Shown: piece after piece, positions 59,829-64,000 of the stretch
Position numbering within the stretch: the stretch's first letter is position 1
How the letters are laid out: every line of letters starts with the position of its first letter
Assembly: GCA_965113315.1 (NCBI GenBank)
Contig: OZ220363.1
DNA: 64,000 nt
Origin: Podarcis vaucheri
Lineage: Eukaryota
Reading direction: 5' to 3' (one strand)
Translations under genes and position numbers: made by a program
Notes under the pieces: model-generated
What the model was told of the DNA's origin: nothing
The model's input: only the letters and a program-made list of their open reading frames with translations
The model's database searches: none

Positions 59829-61046
59829 TATATCAGGTCAAGTTTTCGGAATGGTTTTATGTGGAAGCCAAAGGAGTAGTGGTGAACCAAACAGTAGAAA
59901 AAACAAACTTATTATTTTCCAACTCTTTATTTACCCCGTATCCTGCAATTCTTATGTTTGCCTATTACTACTGCTATTGTTATTTCAGCAAAATAATTGC
60001 ATGAGTGGAATGACTTTTGCTTGCGCAACAGAACTTCCCCCCCTCTCTGCCCCCTGCACCCTAAATCTGTTTTGGAGGTTCCCTCAACCCTTTGGAGCAG
60101 ATTTGGGGACAGGGCAGGGCCTGTGGGGCAGCGGGTGGGGCAGGGGGAGTCCTGTTGTGGAAGCGGAAGTTGTTCTGTTCGCTCACTTATTTAGCTGAAT
60201 ATTGCCTTTTGTCTTAAATCAATTCTATGTTAATTTCATTGAATAACCCCTAATTCTATTATCACAGTACAGTGGTGCCTCACAAGACGAAAAAAATCCG
60301 TTCTGTGATTCTCTTCGTCTAGCGGTTTTTTCGTCTTGCGAAGCAAGCCCATTGACGGATTAGCGGATTAGCGCTATTAGTGGCTTTTAGCGGCTTATCT
60401 GCTGATCGGATCAGCTGATAAGCGGCTTAGCGGCTTAGAAAAAGGGGGGAGGAAAAGGAGAAAAAACCCGCAGGAACTCGCAAGACATTGTCGTCTTGCG
60501 AAGCAAGCCCATAGGAAATTTGTTTTGCGAAGCACCTCCAAAACGGAAAACTCTTTCATCTAGCGAGTTTTCCGTCTTGCGAGGCATTCGTCTTGCGGGG
60601 CACCACTGTATATCAGGTCAAGTTTTCGGAATGGTTTTACGTGGAAGCCAAAGGAGTAGTGGTGAACCAAACAGTAAAAAAAACCAAGTTATTATTTTCC
60701 AACTCTTTATTTACCCCTTATCCTGCAATTCTTATGTTTGCCAATTACTACTGCTATTGTTATTTCAGCAAAATTGTATGAGTGGAATGACTTTTGTTTG
60801 CGCAACAGAACTTCCCCTCCTCTCTGCCCCCTGCACCCTAAATCTGTTTTGGAGGTTCCCTCAACCCTTTGGAGCAGATTTGGGGACAGGGCAGGGCCTG
60901 TGGGGCAGCGGGTGGGGCAGGGGGAGTCCTGTTGTGGAAGCGGAAGTTGTTCTGTTCGCTCACTTATTTAGCTGAATATTGCCTTTTGTCTTAAATCAAT
61001 TCTATGTTAATTTCATTGAATAACCCCTAATTCTATTATCACAGTA
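59829..61046. repeat. ~440-bp direct duplication (59829-60269 and 60609-61046) separated by a MITE
   Basis: Near-identical copies with a few substitutions and a 3-bp indel; both start and end with TA. Confidence 0.92.
60270..60608. mobile_element. Tigger-like MITE, family A
   Basis: Nearly identical to 16379-16720. Confidence 0.9.
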
Positions 61047-61219
61047 CATAACAAAATAAGAAATTTGATTCACATTTACAACTTTTAATGTACCTGTGAT
61101 TCAAGCAGACTTTTACTACCAGTAGGCCCAGAACTCCAGTCAAATATACAAAAACCTACCACAAATAATTCCTGCTACTAAAACACCCTAACCTAAAATA
61201 TATGAAGGCCAGAGAATAA

Positions 61220-61390
61220 TGTTAGTTCTTGGTATGAGCTTTCGTGTGCATGCACACTTCTTCAGATACCATGTGTGCATGCACACGAAAGCTCATACCA
61301 AGAACTAACTTAGTTGGTCTCTAAGGTGCTACTGGAAGGAATTTTTTTATTTTGACTATGGCAGACCAACACAGCTACCTATCTGTAACT
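61220..61390. mobile_element. Penelope-like terminal fragment with inverted arm
   Basis: Same family as 295-510. Confidence 0.75.
61231..61270 (-). ncRNA. Minimal type I hammerhead ribozyme motif
   Basis: GGUAU-CUGAAGA-A-GUGUGCAUGCACAC-GAAA-GC-UC-AUACC with a 5-bp stem I. Confidence 0.75.
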
Positions 61391-61499
61391 ACATTAGGAA
61401 CAATGAGGAAATAAAGATCTACACTGGGATTTGATGTTCTGTGGCTCCTGCCACCTGAGGCGGGTGCCTCACCTTGCCTCATGGGTACACTGGCCCTGT

Positions 61500-61900
61500 G
61501 AGACCAAAACTCCCATGTGACCAGGGTTCAAATTCCCACTCAGCCATGAAACTCACTGGGTGACATTGCGCCAGTCACTGCATCTGAGCCTAACCCAGCT
61601 CATATGGCTTTTGTGAGGATGAAATAGAGAGGGGGAGAACCAGTTATGCCACCTTCAGCTCCTTGGAGGAAGGCTGGAATATAAATGTAATAATAATGAT
61701 GTTATTTGTTGTTGTTTAGTCGTCTTAGTCATGTTCGACTCTCCGTGACCCCATGAATCAGAGCATGCCTTGGGAACTCTCATTTTCTTCTCAAAGCTTC
61801 TCCTTTTTTTTATGTCCATTGAGTTTTCTTGGCAAAATACTGGAGTGGATTGCCAGTTCCTTTCCAGATGGATCACATTTAGTCTAAACTCCTGGCTATG
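61500..61900. mobile_element. Old tRNA-derived SINE (+, about 61500-61695) next to a BovB-like 3' fragment (-, about 61700-61900)
   Basis: GGGTTCAAATTCCCACTCAGCCATGAAACTCACTGGGTGAC; TTAGTCATGTTCGACTCTCCGTGACCCCATG and GGCAAAATACTGGAGTGGATTGCCA. Confidence 0.6.
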
Positions 61901-64000
61901 ACCAGTAAAAACCAGGACACCCCAAAAGTCTCAAAGGTCTCAAAGAATTCCTATGAGCACTGCCCTTTATTCTCCCACAGTAGATTATGTTCATGAAGTA
62001 TTGAAACTCCTCAAAGCTACTTGGTTAGGGACAGCCCTATAGTATTTATTCAGAAGGAATGTCAGCTGAATTCACTGGGACCCATTTCCAAGATATTTGT
62101 GCACAGTATTTAAGTTTAAGATATTGAAGTGCCTTCGGAAGGCATGAAATACTGAAGGAAAACATTTCCCGCCCTGGCACCCTCTCCAGAATTATAGCCT
62201 ACACCAGCCTTTCTCAATTTTGTGGCCCCCGATGTTGTTAGACTACAACTCCCATCATCTCCACTCCATAAAACACTGTGTCCATCGGGATCAAGCTGCC
62301 TGCTGGCCCACCCAGAATTCAGTTGACCCAGCCATTGCCATTGGATATAGTGGGCAGATGTGCCACAAGAGTGGGGAGTAAAAGACTCTCAGCATTTCAC
62401 ACCGTGTGTTGCAATCTGGCCTAGTTTGACCCAGGCAGAAGCAGAACAGGGCTGAATGTGAAAGCAAGTCGCAACTAAAAACCTACCAGCAAAACCCTTC
62501 CTAGGCTATTATTAATCTTTTGAGTCATGCCATTCCTTTTTGATGTTTGAAAAATGTGACTTGACCTCTAATGCTCTGTTAAAGCAAGGTGCTTGTTATT
62601 AGCTCCCTGAAATATGAATCTCTGCATGGTATTTCTCTTGCAACCCATCCTGCACAGAAGTCAGAGGCTGAAACGTATTTGTGGCAGGTTAATTTTTGCC
62701 TCTTAAATCTGGCAATATATTATGATTTATCTTTCCTTCAGTAATTTTTTTCTGTTCTATCACTATTCTGCTATTCATGCATCATCAGTATGGAGATTTT
62801 GGTTTCTTCGTATGCACCTATAATCTTTCCAGCCGGTGGTTTATATGCCTTCATCCAAGCATCAAAACCATCTCATAGCTCATTGCAAAAATGTCTAGTA
62901 TTATGAGAGCCTGGGGCTCTTCTGACAGCTGACAGAAACTACCTGAATGATCATTTTTTAAACTGGATCCATGATTAATCTTTGAGAAATAGGCTAGTTC
63001 ATATCATCTAAGTGAATTTTGTCTAGTGATCATTATTAATTCCAACAGTAAAAGTGTGCCCTTTTCAGAAAGCTACAGGTTTGAGAAAGAAAACTTAAGA
63101 CGTTTCCCCCCCTGCTATGAGATTATTTGCATCCCTTTCTGGTTTGGAGGGAGGGATTACTTCAGAGCATCACCCTAACCATGTCTACTCAGAAATAAAT
63201 CCAGTTTAATTCAATAGGGCATACGCCCAGTAAAATGAAGTTACAATTGCAAACTTAGTCTCCCAAAGAAGTAGTTCCATGGAGGTTTATGAAGCAGTGA
63301 GTATGCAAACTGTTCTTGAGCTCCAGTTCTGTATTTGTCTGTATAGTGACAAGGTTAAGTATGCATTAGAATACTGGGGACATCTTCTTGACGAACGTTT
63401 AAGTGCACCATTGGGATGGGCTGCAACATCCCTGCTGGTGACATTCCTGTTCATTATCCCAGTCTTGGGATCAGTGATGCAGTGGAACAGGAATGCATGG
63501 GAAGGGAGCGAGCCGTTTAGGGTCCCCTGCCCCAGACCAGGAGCAATGATGTCATCAGCGGGAGCAACAGGGTACTGAATCAACCCTCCTTGCCTTGGTA
63601 AGGGTCCTCCTTGCACTGGGAAAACCTGAATGCAAAAGGGGGCTTTTAAGCTCTCTGCCTTGCTTGGGGAGCAAGGCCCTCTTGAAGCAATGGCTCCAGA
63701 AGGCATGGGGTGCTCTTGTCAGATCTTGTGGGAACTTGACCTCCTCCAGCCTCCCTGACCCCATGCATCTCCAAAGCTTTCATTTCACCTTCCTATGCCC
63801 ATTTCTGAAGCCGCTTGTCTCTTTTATTCAGCAGCCCTTCTTTTCACCCGTTTTCACCTTCACCTCCTGTCCATGCCTCCCCCTTCTTTTGTGTAGCCTC
63901 CCTGGCACACAGGCCACTGCCATGGTCAGCTCCCGCACATTGCAATTGCGAAGTGCCCCTTTTCACCTTCCACCAATTTATGAAACCACCATTTCTATTC

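Noticed and set aside
63279-63764. Overlapping ORFs near the window end as an exon or transposase
   Set aside because: No recognisable domain or convincing splice signals in the frames examined

Overview
Eukaryotic (vertebrate) genomic DNA. The repeat content (Sauria SINE, Squam3-like SINE, BovB/RTE, L1-, L2- and CR1-clade LINEs, Penelope fragments, Tigger- and hAT-type MITEs) points to a squamate, probably a lacertid lizard; this is inferred from repeats only. The single host gene is the coding exon of the atypical chemokine receptor ACKR3/CXCR7 (6175-7269, +), followed by about 56 kb of gene-poor, transposon-rich DNA. Most short ORFs in the track are noise or transposon fragments. Main observations: (1) a decayed Ngaro-like tyrosine-recombinase retrotransposon with RNase H, recombinase and SGNH-hydrolase remnants (about 12870-15720, -), plus four related terminal fragments; (2) three of those fragments carry a ~110-nt multi-helix RNA motif with compensatory substitutions and a U-rich internal loop (ENE/triple-helix-like), the best candidate for an undescribed element; (3) minimal hammerhead ribozyme motifs in Penelope fragments; (4) a young sense-strand L1 fragment whose poly(A) tail lies about 60 nt upstream of the ACKR3 splice acceptor; (5) a SENP2-like processed pseudogene; (6) a ~440-bp duplication flanking a MITE, resembling alternative transposition; (7) an irregular degenerate ~25-bp repeat cluster. 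No CRISPR array, rRNA or intact tRNA was found. All coordinates were read by eye and no database searches were run.
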